A stretch of 64,000 nt of DNA from assembly GCA_964106915.2 (NCBI GenBank), contig OZ066915.1. One strand, given 5' to 3'. The position numbers and the translations under genes were made by a program. Under the pieces are notes generated by a model that did not search any database, was not told where the DNA came from, and was given only the letters and a program-made list of their open reading frames with translations. The DNA is from Podarcis gaigeae (Eukaryota). This document shows, piece by piece, positions 37,917 to 50,968 of the stretch (its first letter is position 1; every line of letters begins with the position of its first letter).

Positions 37917-38120
37917 CCACTATTAGTGATGTCTGTATCCTACATCCAGCATCAGTGGCAGCCTGCCTCTAAATACTAGTTACTGGAAACCTGAACAGAA
38001 GAATTTCATTGCACTTGTGTCAGCCATGTGGGTTTTGTATAGGCATCTGTTTGGCCACTTAGAGAACTGGATGCTGTGCTAGATTACCCATTAGTCTGAT
38101 CCAGCAGGGATCTTCTTATG
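37917..38120 (+). mobile_element. CR1 3' end fragment inserted in a palindromic repeat
   Basis: GGCATCTGTTTGGCCACT..GAGAAC.GGATGCTG..CTAGAT...CTGATCCAGCAGGGATCTTCTTATGT, as in the CR1 tail at 54790-54872. Confidence 0.85.
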
Positions 38121-38959
38121 TCTACTCAGAAGTAAGTTCTGTTAAGTTCAGTGAGGCTTACTCCTAGGTAAGTAGTATAGGATTGCAGCCTTAACATTCA
38201 TATTTCCATGTTGTTGTCCATGAAAGCATGCCATTACACAATCTTCCACTGTTGTCCTATTATTTTCACCACATCAGCACTGGTGAGGACATGGTATGAG
38301 TCTAGGAGAGTCAAATCCCAGCTGACCAGACTTTCAAGGTAGTTTTCCTTCTTAAAGACAGATATATTGCCACCACAGACACATGATGACCACAGCCAGT
38401 GCTGGGTCCCTCTCACACACCCAAATCAAGCTAGATGGATCTCTTTGCATCAGCTGAAGAGCACAGGACTGCTTCAAAGACCAGGTTTTTTCCAGCTGCT
38501 GCCCACATAGCCAAAGCAAGCCATCCCCTCACCATGGAGTTGAAGCTTTCCCTTCTGCACCCCACCTGAGAGGATGCTGCTGCTTGATTTGGTACACACA
38601 CCCAAACGAGTCCTTTGCAAGCTTCTCTCAGCTTCTGATTTGAGGAATTGAAAGTGGCTGCAGGACTGCTTCAGAGAGTAGTACTGGGAAGGAAAAGCAG
38701 GTCCAATTTAATGCAAGCTGCTCCCCACACCTTGAGCAAGGTGTGATCCTACTGTCCATCAGCTGGTGTGTGAGTGGAAGCATGCCTTGCTCCAGCAAAG
38801 GAACCTCAGGAGTCCACTATAAGCTTCAGCTTGTTCCTTTGAACCCTTAGCTGACCCACACTTGACATCATGTATGATATTTGATGTAAGGCAGGTAACC
38901 ATGGTTTCCTCAAAAGAGTCTCACAGGCCAAATGGTCCACAGGGCCTCACCCCACCCCC

Positions 38960-39127
38960 ATATGTGTATTTTTTTGCAGACATTACTTGGTTGGAGAACT
39001 GCATTGCAAAAATCAGAGAACTGCAACTATCAAAGGATGGGTGTACTTTAGTATTGTTTCTGAAACTGCAAATTAAGTAGGTTTGCCTTTAAATGCAAAT
39101 TGAATCAAATATTTCCTCCATATGCAC
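38960..39127 (-). mobile_element. Fragment of the DNA element family seen at 7258-7380
   Basis: AAGGATGG...TATTGTTTCTGAAACTGCAAATTAAGTAGGTTTGCCTTTAAATGCAAATTGAATCAAAT is the reverse complement of the 7.3 kb copy. Confidence 0.6.
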
Positions 39128-39604
39128 TGCAAGTGCAAGATTGGTTCTAAAGCAATGGGACTACTAAAATGGAAAGTGTCCTCATTTCCCCCTAAAAATA
39201 AAAATATGTTTTTTTTTTAAAAAGGGGGGGAGGAAGGACAATGCACCCTCTTGTATCTCAAAAAGAACAGCATTGGATTTTGCTGGTTTTATGTTAGAGG
39301 TGACTGTTAACTCAGCTGTATACATTATTTTATATAGACTACTATATGCTCTTCATTACAAATCATGATGCTTTCTGATCAAGGTAGACCAGGAATGAAG
39401 AATCTCAGGCTTGGAGGCTTAATGCAAATCCCCAAGGCCTTCTATCCTACCCTTTGTACTTTCCCCTCTCCATAACCATTTGCCAGCAACATCCCTATTG
39501 ACCCTGCTTTGTTCTTCAGCTGACTTATTTTGCCTGTCTGGAATATACCCATGAACTCTGATAATACCTCTTGCTAGACTGGATAGAGGATCGAGACATG
39601 TGTA

Positions 39605-39783
39605 CAGTGGTACCTCGCAAGACGAGGTATGGGCTTGCTTCGCAAGACGAAAACGTCTTGCGGGTTTGCTTCCTTTTTCTTAAAGCCGCTAATACCCAGC
39701 GAATCCGCGCTCCGCAAGACGAAAAAATCGCTAGACGACACAACTCGCGGAACGAATTAATTTCGTCTTGCGAGGCACCACTG
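39605..39783. mobile_element. pogo/Tigger-type MITE, subfamily C, CpG-rich
   Basis: TA|CAGTGGTACCTCGCAAGACGA ... TCGTCTTGCGAGGCACCACTG|TA, with internal repeats of CGCAAGACG in both orientations. Confidence 0.95.
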
Positions 39784-39786
39784 TAT

Positions 39787-39819
<33 letters not shown>
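39787..39819. repeat. (TG)n(AG)n compound microsatellite
   Basis: Directly abuts the right end of the MITE. Confidence 0.95.
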
Positions 39820-40084
39820 ACTAACTAGCCTACTTTTACAAAGGCAAATTTCACCTTTCAGAGGGTTGCTCAGAAAAGAATGCATAAAATACTGTGTAGC
39901 AGTTGTCATAGAGCAGTATGAAAGTTCTGTCTGTCATGATAGATCTATAATGGTTGATTCACACATATAAGTAATCACTTGATGCTAGTCTGCATGTGTG
40001 TACCAGCTTTCAATTACCTGCAAGTGTGGGAATTTCTTTTAGGATATAGTTAATTATCAGAATCAGTCTCTGCAATTCCCAGTA

Positions 40085-40315
40085 CAGTGGTACCTCGGGT
40101 TACAAACACCTTGGGTTACAAACATTTCAGGTTACAGACTCTGCTAACCCGGAAGTAGAACGTCGGGTTAAGAACTTTGCCCCAGGATGAGAACAGAAAT
40201 CATGCAACGGCAGCAGGAGGCCCCATTTGCTAAAGAGGTACCTCAGGTTAAGAACTGTTTCAGGTTACGAATGGACCTCTGGAACGAATTAAGTTCATAA
40301 TCAGAGCTACCACTG
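40085..40315 (+). mobile_element. pogo/Tigger-type MITE, subfamily A
   Basis: TA|CAGTGGTACCTCGGGTTAC ... GAGCTACCACTG|TA, collinear with the 27574 copy. Confidence 0.94.
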
Positions 40316-43300
40316 TACATTGAAGTGGACATCTGATAACTTTGTTGATATAGATTACCATAGTATCAGATTAGATTACGTATACAGAAAAGCAATGCTA
40401 TCCATAGACTGGCCATTAACATGATAAATGAATAAAGGTGTTTTTCTTGTTCCCTAAGTTATACTTTAGTTTAAACTGCTGACAGGCCTTTTGCTTATAA
40501 ATTATATTTAACTGTAAACTATGAAGGATTGCAGTATTTTCTGTTTAAAGATGAGTTATAAACCATTTTAAAGAGCTACAATTTATTTGCCTATGTGGTT
40601 TGGTATTAAAATGTGAAATTAAAATGAAATCATAAAATGTGCAGCCTTATTTTAATGTTCATCAAAAGAAGGCAGTAATGATAACGGGATTAATCAATTC
40701 AGTACATGCACAATGGTGGAAGGAATAAGTCAAAAGGTTTTTCAAATACTCTCTGCAATGCAATGCAAGTTTCCCATATTGTGTATTCTGTGATTGAGAG
40801 CCATGCTGTTGGGATGAGCTTAGACTGTTTTGACAATTTTATCCTGCTTAAATTGGATTTTTAAAAGTGCAGAAATTGATGTTGTGCTACTTGGAGTATA
40901 TTTTAAAAGATACCAGCACTTCAAAGAGAGCTACTGAAAGTTAATCTAATGCAAACATTTCTTAGTCCAGTATAGCAGAAGAAGTTCAAGGTATCCTGGG
41001 GTAACGCTAAATTAGAATGCATCTCTAGTGTCTAGGAAAATAGAACTATTAACCTTCCATCCCCGCCCCCCGGCCCTTATAAGTGGAAGAGAGACTATGA
41101 CAGCATCCTCCAAGATTGGGAGAGATAATGTAGACATATGAAACATTTGTGAACCTCTTGTATAAACTCTTCTCCTTATTGGCCTGCTAAAGTGTATTCT
41201 GTCTGACAGAATTCTGAAGCAGCCAAATATTTTTACCTTTCGTAACTACCAGGTAAATTAGGTCTTTAAACAAGGCATGTGCATTGTAGGCTATACTAGC
41301 CCCTAAAAGCTTAAAGCATTTTTTTAATGAAGGCAGAGAGATGGAGCGATCTGCTTGATAATAAAGCTTAGCTTTAATGCCAGCTTCATGCTGTTACAGC
41401 ATATTACTAAACAGCAAGAAATGTGGCACAGATGTTGTGGCAGCCATATTTTACACCCTCCAAAAGGTCATGTCGCTTGTTATTACATTCAGAATCAATA
41501 TTAAGTGAGCGTTCCAAATTTCAACTGTCAGTTGAATTTATTGCTGCACACCAAGGCTGAAGGGTTTTCGACTGCAATTCAAGCAAGGTAACATATTGCT
41601 AATATAGGGACACTTTTAGTAGAAGCAGGTGACCCACATATGAGTAGAAAAGGTCAGTTTAAAATATCTACAAGAAAATCTTGTAATGGTCACTATCAGG
41701 AAGGATGCATAAGCAGACAAACGTGCTCTTGAATAGACAGAGGAGATTCCTACAAACTAATATCTGTGGAATGTTATGTCTGTGTAGTTTAATTACCATT
41801 TGACAAATGTCAAAATAATTTTTGAGTTTAGATTGTTTAATAGAGTTCACTGAAAAGCAACTCCAGTACACAAAAGAAAACAAAAATGGTTTGATGTGTT
41901 TTTCCTACATGCATAAACATGCATAAATTTTGGGAACTGCTGTGGTGGGATTGCATTTAGATTGGAGGGGCAGTGTCACTTCAATAACATTTGATCCATA
42001 TTATTTTAGGCTTGTCCTGCTGTGATGTGCGTAAGCTGTTTCTAGACAAACGCAAACAGATAACAGAGACCTTGCACATATTCAGGCAACTACTTGAATT
42101 TTTCTTTTTGAATGAGTTCAGATTAACAGCCCAAAGGGGGGTCAACTCAAGCAGTTCCTCAAGGACTTACCAAATCTCTTAGCCACACTTCTGGCTACTT
42201 CTTTATTAGTGTTATCATTGTAGAACATCTGCTAAAATTACTCTGGTACAACTATCACTACTGTTCTGTAACCAAAATAATGATCAAAGCCCAAAGTGCA
42301 ATCTGAGTTCCAAACACATAAGCTGCCAAGGAGTTAACAGTGCCCAGGTGTACCCACAAGGTTCTTGTATTCAGATGCTTTTGCAGTTCTTACCAGAAAA
42401 TAAACAGGTGCAGAAAGTAAGCTTAGAGCCAGTGTGAATTTATAGTTGTCGCTGAGCACAAGCTCATCCACCAGAATTTAAATCTGTCTTCAGTCATGAG
42501 TTCTAAAGGTGAGTGCACTAGTAGAGCCTAAGCTTTTTCTTCCTGGGTTTCACAAGGCAGGACTGCAATTCTTATGTTAACTTTTACACTACCCCAGAAA
42601 CAGGTATCTTTTACTTTAACCACTGTGCCCCCTGTTTTATATTTATGTGAGCTTTGATCCTTGGTAAGGAATATTTTTCTCCAGTTTTTTTTTAATCCAT
42701 AATGTTTGTTTGCCACACTTTCTTGCTAACCTTTGTAGTTATGGCTCACCCTTAATTCCACTGCAGAATTGTATGTCATATTCCACAGAAAGTATGCAGT
42801 TCAGTATTAAAATAAGGTCCGCCCAGTGTGCTGTGTATATGCTTGGACATGCATCCCACATGACCCTGTAGATTACTAAATAGGATTACATTTGCTCCAC
42901 AAACCCATCTGTCCTCTGAATTTTCACAGGCATTCCCTTTTGCGTGTCCAGATGCCATGTGCCCACTACCCCACTGGTCACCTCAGAAGCAGTAACCCCA
43001 TCCCTTGTTAACAATTTCCATAGATGTAGCAGCAAATATACTGCAGCAAAAATGACAAAGGGCCTTCTGGCACCTTAAAGACTAATGAATTTATTAAGAC
43101 AGAAGCTTTCATGGACTGCAAACTCATTTTACATGCATACACCTTGTGACTTGTATTTTGTGCCCAAGTATAAAAAGAGAAATTTGTCTGTAAAGGCTGC
43201 TACACCAACAAACAATTATTTAGTGACACACTGAGCGTAGCACAGACTACTGCTTTGGCATGAAACAGATACCTCAATATTATTGTGTGCAGTGCTGCAT

Positions 43301-43461
43301 GCAGTTATCTGCATTTGAAATCCACAGACTGTTTCTCACACTCATCTTCATATTAATGCAGCTGCACTGTTAAATTGGTTGTGTTTATTATTATTCACAA
43401 TGCATTTTCTGTCAAATAATACCTGGCTTGGTCTATCACACTCCAAACATTTTGCGTGTTA

Positions 43462-43827
43462 AGGTAAAGGTAAAGGTACCCCTGCCCGTACAGGCCAGTC
43501 TTGCCAGACTCTAGGGTTGTGCGCTCATCTCACTCTAGAGGCCAGGAGCCAGCGCTGTCCACAGACACTTCCGGGTCACGTGGCCAGCGTGACGAAGCTG
43601 CTCTGGCGAACCGGCACCAGAGCAGCACATGGAACGCCGTTTACCTTCCCGCTGGAAAGCAGTCCCTATTTATCTACTTGCACCCGGGGGTGCTTTCGAA
43701 CTGCTAGGTTGGCAGGCGCTGGGACCGAACGATGGGAGCGCACCCCGCCGCGGGGATTCGAACCACTGACCATGCGATCGGCAAGTCCTAGGCGCTGAGG
43801 TTTTACCCACAGCGCCACCCGTGTCCC
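43462..43827 (-). mobile_element. Full-length Sauria SINE, different subfamily
   Basis: Same architecture as 8882-9236 but with diverged internal blocks. Perfect 14-bp TSD CATTTTGCGTGTTA (43448-43461 / 43828-43841). Confidence 0.97.
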
Positions 43828-43867
43828 CATTTTGCGTGTTAGTGTTGCGCTTTTAAATTAAGGTAAT

Positions 43868-44112
43868 GTCAGCTTAATCCTATGCATACTTCCTCCTTAA
43901 TAAGTCAGTTCACCAGGGCTTTCCAGACAGTGTACCAATCCTAAATAAAATTATAAGTAAGCACCATTGAATACAGTGGGATTTACAACTAAACATGTAT
44001 AATATCCCATTGTTATTTTTAAATACAATATTATATCCACTTACATTGGACCAAATTCCATTGAACTCTAATGGGACTTCTGGGTAGACATATATAAGAT
44101 GCTATTGTAAGA
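43868..44112. repeat. Cluster of about three decayed copies of the ~84-bp palindromic repeat
   Basis: Recurrent AATCCTA...AGTAAG..CCATTGAA..CA.TGGGA.TT...ATA.GAT motifs. Confidence 0.55.
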
Positions 44113-44890
44113 CCCTGCATTTCAAATGTGAAATCTGTTTTTGCACAGTAGCATTCACACTGAAGAACCTCCCATAAAACCTTTAATTTTTGTTTCAAAG
44201 TCCTACCACCGAGACTACACGTTTGCTAAAGAAAACTCCCTGACTAATGAAAGTTCATATTAAGACTACCTGACAAAGACTAAGCATAGTAGGTACTAAA
44301 GCCAATCTTAGAGATCCTGATTCCTTTTGTTTCTTGAAATAATAATACTGTATATATATTAATGGAATGTAGCCTTCAGTGCTAGGATAGCTCCTCGCCA
44401 GCTCCAATTTTAGCATGTACAACTTGCTAAAATGTGAATGAGGTGTCAAAGAAGCTGGAAGGTTAAACCTAGTTGTTGGATTTTGAATAAATCGCTCAAG
44501 GTGTAATAAAATGCTTAGTGATTAGATTCTGATAGAGCACCAAAAAACAGTTCAAATGAAGTTTAGTAACTTAAGGCTGATAGGAACAATCCCTGAAACA
44601 TGTGAACATAGTGAAAGGCAGGTTAAAACTATTTGTTCCGTGCAAACTTGTCAAAAGCCACACTCCTCAATGCCTCTGGTGAATGAGAACAGCTTCCAGG
44701 TGACCAGGTGATCTCCAGTTTCATCTTTTCTTTTTCTACTTCTTAAGAAAGAAAGAAAAATTTTCATAAGTAATGTTGTGATGAGCACTTCCAGATTTTT
44801 CCCCACAAACAATTGTCTTTTGGAATTATACTTGTGGAAGGATGAAATTTGCTTGAAAATCTAAAATAGATTCTTCCTTATACAAAAAGC

Positions 44891-45032
44891 AGAATCACAG
44901 AATCCTAGTTGGAAGGGACCACAAGGATCATCTACTCCAACCCCTTGCAATGCAGGAATCTTTCATCCAATGTGGGGCTCAGATCCACAGCCCTGAGATT
45001 AGAGTCCCATGCTCCACCAACTGAACTACCCC
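44891..45032 (-). mobile_element. Short SINE: tRNA-Lys(CTT)-derived head plus CR1 3' tail
   Basis: Reverse strand GGTAGTTCAGTTGGTGGAGCATGGGACTCTAATCTCAGGGCTGTGGATCTGAGCCCCACATTGG aligns with tRNA-Lys, followed by CCTGCATTGCAAGGGGTTGGAGTAGATGA...CCCTTCCAACTAGGATTCTGTGATTCT. Confidence 0.88.
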
Positions 45033-48000
45033 TTAAACTCATTATTTGCTCTTAGTAATTACAAGATGTACATCTGTCTATTTTTGTTTGTTTGTTTTGC
45101 ATTTTAAAAAACAATATATATAAACAACTGGCAAAGGGGGGAAATGTAAGATGTCATTAGCCTGTTTAATTGTCTGCCCATTGCTGACGTCTTCCACTCA
45201 TGTCTGCCCACAATTATGCATGCAGTCGCTCAGGAAACATTTAAAGAAGAATGCAAACCTCAGCTAGAGCCCCTGGTGCCGCAAACCATTAAAATTATAG
45301 ATTATGTTATTAGGGCGTATTTTCAGGTCTCACTTTCAGTATTCTGTTGGCAGCCAAAAGACTAGGAAGGCGATTTTGTCGTAAACTACCACCTATTGTA
45401 TGTTACAGGGGAAAACAAAACAACAAAAATGAAACACTGAATTAGTTTGAATACAAAACAAACCTTTGATTTACATGAGTTTGTTTTGATCAATTCATTT
45501 TTCCCCCTGGTAGTGAAACCAAAAATATTGCTAGCATCTAGAGGTAATTACACCTGGCACTTCCTTTCACTGTGTTGATTTTGCATCTATAGTAATTGCT
45601 AATAGACTGTTTTCCCGCTGCATCTGCCGATCAGCTGAACATGTTCTCCCGTAGTTTTTCAAACTATATGGCTAGCTTGAAAAGTAGAGGGGTGCCGTAC
45701 AGCAACTAATGATACCTGAACATGTTTCCTAACAATTGGCTTCTATTTTCTGACAATTTGACTGTTATTTTCACACAGAACGCCTACCTCTACCTTTCAA
45801 ATAAGTTTTATACCAAAAATACACTTACTGTATTTTATGATACCAGAAGAATGTTGTTAAATAATAAATAATTCCAATTAAGGATGAGATTTGAGCTGAA
45901 TGATAAACAAACGTTGGGCCTGCAAGGTTCTCACAAAGTGATGTGACAGAAACCTTTGATGGTGTGGTTTTTAACCAATATTCAGTAGTTAGTGTATTAA
46001 TGTAAGGTGTCTGATTTCTTAGGTTGCATACAGATACGTATCATGAAATCCCTCTAACATGAATCTCGAGCAACCTTTAAATCCTTTCAACTTATACTGG
46101 AAGAGCAGGGTTTCCTTCTTCCCTGCTCTCCATAGCACATTCCTTTCTCGTGTGTTAATTATGGATTACCTTTCCCCTCCCCACCAAACACACAAACCCC
46201 ATCATGCTTTTATGAGGCTGTGGGAAATAAGTTAAATTATTATTTTAAAAGAAACAGAACACAGGTGAATAGCTTTTCTGAGATACGGTAGTTAACAAAT
46301 AGTGTGAATATTCTGTTACTTCATGTTTAAAATTGATGTTCTTGATGTTCTTAAAATGTGGCAAGACCAAAATAGCTTTGAACTTTGAATAAATTCCCTC
46401 AGGTATTGGGGGCATAACACTCCTGTCAGCACTTTTAAACGTGTCTTGTTTTCACCTCTTTTTCTCTGTGACTATCAATTATTCATATGGCAGTATAAGT
46501 ATCAATAGTATTTATGAATAAATAAATGGGAGGTTTTTGCCCTGAGATGGTAGCTTTTAAATTAGATAGTTTCATTATATGTGGGAAAGAGAGCTGTAAT
46601 TGGAAAACATGCTATTTCCTTGTGAAGCCAGTGTTGTGGGCAGTGCAGTAAATAAAACTTGTGTCGGAAGAAGGAAGACCATTGTATAGTACAACTTGGG
46701 CTTTTATGTCTGTTCTATTAAAAGAAAGTAAGCTATACGTTCAGCAATGTTCTCTTGGTCTGAATAAATTGGTTTGCAGAGCTATGAATACTTATACCTA
46801 ATAAAACAGTGCAGCTGTATTATAGCTGCGTTATGTGTATTGTAATTTCCAACCTTAAGTTCCATGGGAGCCTTGAAGCTTGTGCCATTGGTGTTAATGG
46901 GGAAGATCTTGAACTTCTGGGTTCTCCCACCAGATCAGCTAAGTTTATATGGACAATAGATAGCGACCATATGTGTGGGGAGCATATTCAGATCAAGATG
47001 TGGCACTGGGGAGGAGGATTGGTCATTTTTCACCCCATAATTTTTCTAGTTAAAAGTAGTTTCAAAAATAAAAATTATGGGACAATCTATTGATGGATCT
47101 TTGGGTCATGTCAAGTTTGGTCGTAAATATGGAAAAGGTTCCACACACAGTGAAGTATATCAGCAGATTCAGTAGGTGCTTGGTTGCATACTCCATTCTT
47201 TGTCTGTTGCAGTCCAAAGGTTTAAATGATGCTGAAATGGTAATTTGGATCCTGTCAATGTAATTAATTGAGATGATAACGACATAGCCATGCTCTCATG
47301 AAAGTTGGGTGCAAATATCAATGGGCTGACTGTAACCACACTGACCAAACTCTGGTAAAAAGCTGTAGTAGCAACAAACAGTGTGTTCTTTGCCTGTGTT
47401 CTTTTAACAAAATTCTACCACAATTATAAAATTGTCAGTCACCCTATCTTTTTTTGACATTTATCTTGCTGAGATGGAAACTTTACCAAAATGACTCTGT
47501 GAGAACAATCTGAGTCAAAAGCCCTATTTTACCAATAGAGATAAATCTAAATAGAATTCCCTCAGTGATTCACCCCCATAACATTTCAGATGCAGTTCAA
47601 AAACTGATGAACCAAATGCTGCTGAAAATAAACCCATCTTTCAATGGAGCCAGCTAGGGAATTCCATCTTTGTGACTTGTTATATTTGCCCTAGATGAAG
47701 ATAAATGGCTAGCATTTTTAAAGAAGTTTACAAGTTTGGTAATTGTCTTTTAGCAGGCTAGAAATAAAATGGTAAGGTTTGTGTTTTTGTTTTTTAACCT
47801 CTGGCAAGTAATTCCTGTAATGCAGTCCAATTTATTTAGAAGAATTGGTTTGCACAAACAGGCTATATACAGATTCACCCAAATGCATCAGCAATTATCG
47901 TAGAAGGGATTGTCATTTTAAAAACCCCCACACTATTCTTTTTGCAGTGTTAAGTGTTTTGCAGCAAGAACAACTGGGATAGTCTTTTTGTTAAGATTCT

Positions 48001-49557
48001 GGTTTTTTAAGATTTAACTACTTCCGTTACTTTCAGTAATAAATCTACATTTCAGTAAGTTAAAAATAACCCAAATTCAGTGAGCAAAAAACATTTTAAA
48101 GTTATTGCACTCCGTAGAGGAATGATGAAAATGTTTTTGTTTTGTTTTTTAAAGTGTATTGGGTACAATTGTGAAAAGGGTACTTCAATTTGTGGGGTGT
48201 TGGTTTTCTGTTTTGTTCTTCAAAGTACAAACTGGAATATTAGCTAGTGAGAAATAAGTTTGTGATGACAGGAGAACAGGGGATTGTGCGGCATATACCC
48301 TCCCCTGGCACATTCTGATTTATTAAACTTTAGCATAAACTCTTCAAGCTTCCTTGGTCCTGATTTTCAAATGCATGAATTTTAAATGATAGTTGGCTTG
48401 TCCATGCAAACAGCAAGTATTGGGCTTCAGTTCTCCAACTTGGAAGTTCTTTGTCTTAATTCCAAGTATATAGAAATTAGCTGTGGTTTTAGTCAGTGTT
48501 GATGCAAAGGCACTTTACACATTCTCATGGGAACTCTCTTCTTTAGTAGTATTTTGTATGTTGTAGATCTGGCTGTAGATAATGCAAATAAATTTAAGGA
48601 CTTAGGTTTGTTGCTAAGCAAAAGTGATCATTCAAACTAAAACTTTCTCAGTTTCAAAGATCAGGGCTGAGGAAAGGTAATTTCCATCCCTTGCCTCCAT
48701 AGCTACAGAAAGCAGAAAAGCTAGTAAAACATGTATCATAATTGAGCCAAGTGGCTGGACTGGCTGTAGCTCTAAAAGTTCCAAGGCAGATAACTTTGAG
48801 TTGAATATTTCATGTATAGCCCAACGTCAGTTTAAAGCATAGAGAAGTGATGTGCCCGGCAATTTTCTGTAAGAGATTGCGCATCTAGCTAATTAAGAGA
48901 ATAGGCAAATCGGTTTAGTTCCTCCCTTATTGCTTTCTTGTTGTTAGTTACAGCTGTGAGAAATGTAGATGTAGCACAGATACCGTGAAAAATGAAGCTC
49001 ATCAAACACTGTATGGGAAAAACAATTGTCAACTATTGTTCCCCTGCCCATCAGTTCAAGCACAGACATCTTTCTAAGTGGTTTGCAGCTGAAACAAAAT
49101 ACACTTTCACAGGGATAGCACACAGTACCTTAGAAGGGACTTTCGTGCTGGGAAGCTCTTCCAATATCCATTTATCTTCCTCCCACTTAGGACTAATCAT
49201 TTTCATTGCTTTTAAGATTATAATCGTAAATATATTAATTATTCAAGCCAGGCTATCTCTCATAAAACATCTGCTTTTCCTCTTACATAGCAAGTGCTCT
49301 CTTTTATCATTCCTTAAAAACAGAAAGAATGAAGCCAAATCTTCATTGCTTAGTAATAAATCCAATTTATGATCATCCAAAGCATAATTTTTGCTTGCTT
49401 TTTATTTGGATTTAATATGGTGTATATTTCAAAGGGCTTCCTCCCTCAAACCAGTAGCCTTTCTAGGGTTTCCACCAAATTTTTCTTTAAGAAAAAATTG
49501 AGGTCAGATTTTGGAGTTTAATAGGAAATATCAGGCTTCTTCAAAAACTTGTTTCAG

Positions 49558-49925
49558 TAAGAACACAAGAAGAGCCTTCAGGATCAGGCCAAAGGCCTAG
49601 CTAGTCCAGCATTCTGTTCTCACATGAGCCATTCAAATGCCTGTTGGAAACCCACAGAACAGAACTAATGACACTCTTCCCATATGTGCTTCCCTCTGGT
49701 ATCAGAGGCATAGACATTGTCTCTGAACATAGCCATTGTGGCTAGTACTGGTCACTGATAGCATTATCCTCCAATGATTTGTCTCATACTCTTTTAAAGC
49801 CATCCACATTGATGGTCATAAGTACATACTGTGGGAGCAAATTAAATGGTTTAGCTTTGCACTTTGTGAAGAAGTACATATGTTTGTCCGTCTCAAATCT
49901 TTCAACATTGAACTCCACTGGATAA
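49558..49925 (-). mobile_element. CR1 3' end fragment
   Basis: AAGAACACAAGAAGAGCC..CAGGATCAGGCCAAAGGCC...CTAGTCCAGCATTCTGTTCTCACA, followed by the reverse of the ORF2 end (CTTTTAAAGCCATCCA, TGTGAAGAAGTAC). Confidence 0.88.
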
Positions 49926-50050
49926 CTAAGGGATGATGAGAGACAAAGTCCAAAAACATCTTAATGACCACATGTTCCCCTTCCCTGCTTTACTTGAAAA
50001 TACAACACTAATATAGTACTGAGGTGCTGGTGATTTCAATACTTCGGTCA

Positions 50051-50107
50051 AAGAAGAACCATTGTGGTTTGTTTGCTAAGAAGAACCATTGTGGTTTGTT
50101 TGCTAAG
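50051..50107. repeat. Perfect tandem duplication, 27-bp unit x2
   Basis: AAGAAGAACCATTGTGGTTTGTTTGCT repeated head to tail. Confidence 0.97.
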
Positions 50108-50799
50108 TTTGTTACTTGCCTACATACTTGTTTCACAAATTGTACAGTGTAGCACATCAAAACCTTTAGGTTTTCCTGGGTAAAAGGAAATCTAGTTCTC
50201 ATCCCAGTGCTATGGCTATAGTGATAGTTTTGTGACAAGGTGAAGGAAAAACAGGGAGCGGGAAAGAGGATAATGTAGCATGACAGCAAGTGAGGCTGAT
50301 ATGTACCAAACCAAACAACAGAATGGTTTTTAGGTTAATGCACTGTCTGGAGAAGAACTGCTGACATAGACCTTGAGATCTGTGCCACTGAGAGCTACTG
50401 TGCTGATAGGCATATTGCTGCCAAAAAAGAAAAAGAAATTGTGCAGTGCCTTATTCCACGAGACAGGTGACAGCAGTTTCTTAAAAGAAAATGTTTAATC
50501 ATTTGTTACAATCTTGTCTCCTTTACCTTTCTGAATATCTTGGGCATCATGATTGGAAATGCAGGGAGGAGGGTTAGATTCAACTAAAATCTCACCCCTC
50601 ATGAAGCTGCTCTTTGTCACAAGAGAGAATTCATATTAGCAAGCGCAATTTTCATTGCTATCAAGGTATAGGGAAAAGGGTTACATCCACTTCTGTACAA
50701 GCTGCAGTCCTAATCTGGATCAGGGCTTCCCATCACGTTTGTTTTTACACAGAGAAAAAAAAAACAGACAAGTTAAACAGTCACCAATTTAGTTAACTT

Positions 50800-50968
50800 C
50801 TAGTTTGGCCCTTTTATTGGGAAGACCCAAGTTCAAATATTCACTCAGATATGGGTGGCCATGGACCAACCACTCTCTTTTATTCAGCTGTTATGAAAAT
50901 AAACTTGAAGGATCATATGCACCACTCTGACCTCCTTAGACAAAGGGATCTATGCATGTATGTATGTC
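50800..50968 (+). mobile_element. Old tRNA-derived SINE remnant
   Basis: GGGAAGACCCAAGTTCAAAT B-box, GGGTGGCCATGGACCAACCACTCTCT, and an L2-like tail ending in ATGT repeats. Confidence 0.5.

Noticed and set aside
44960-45032. tRNA-Lys gene
   Set aside because: Anticodon loop and T-arm are mutated and the sequence is fused to a CR1 tail, so it is a SINE head.
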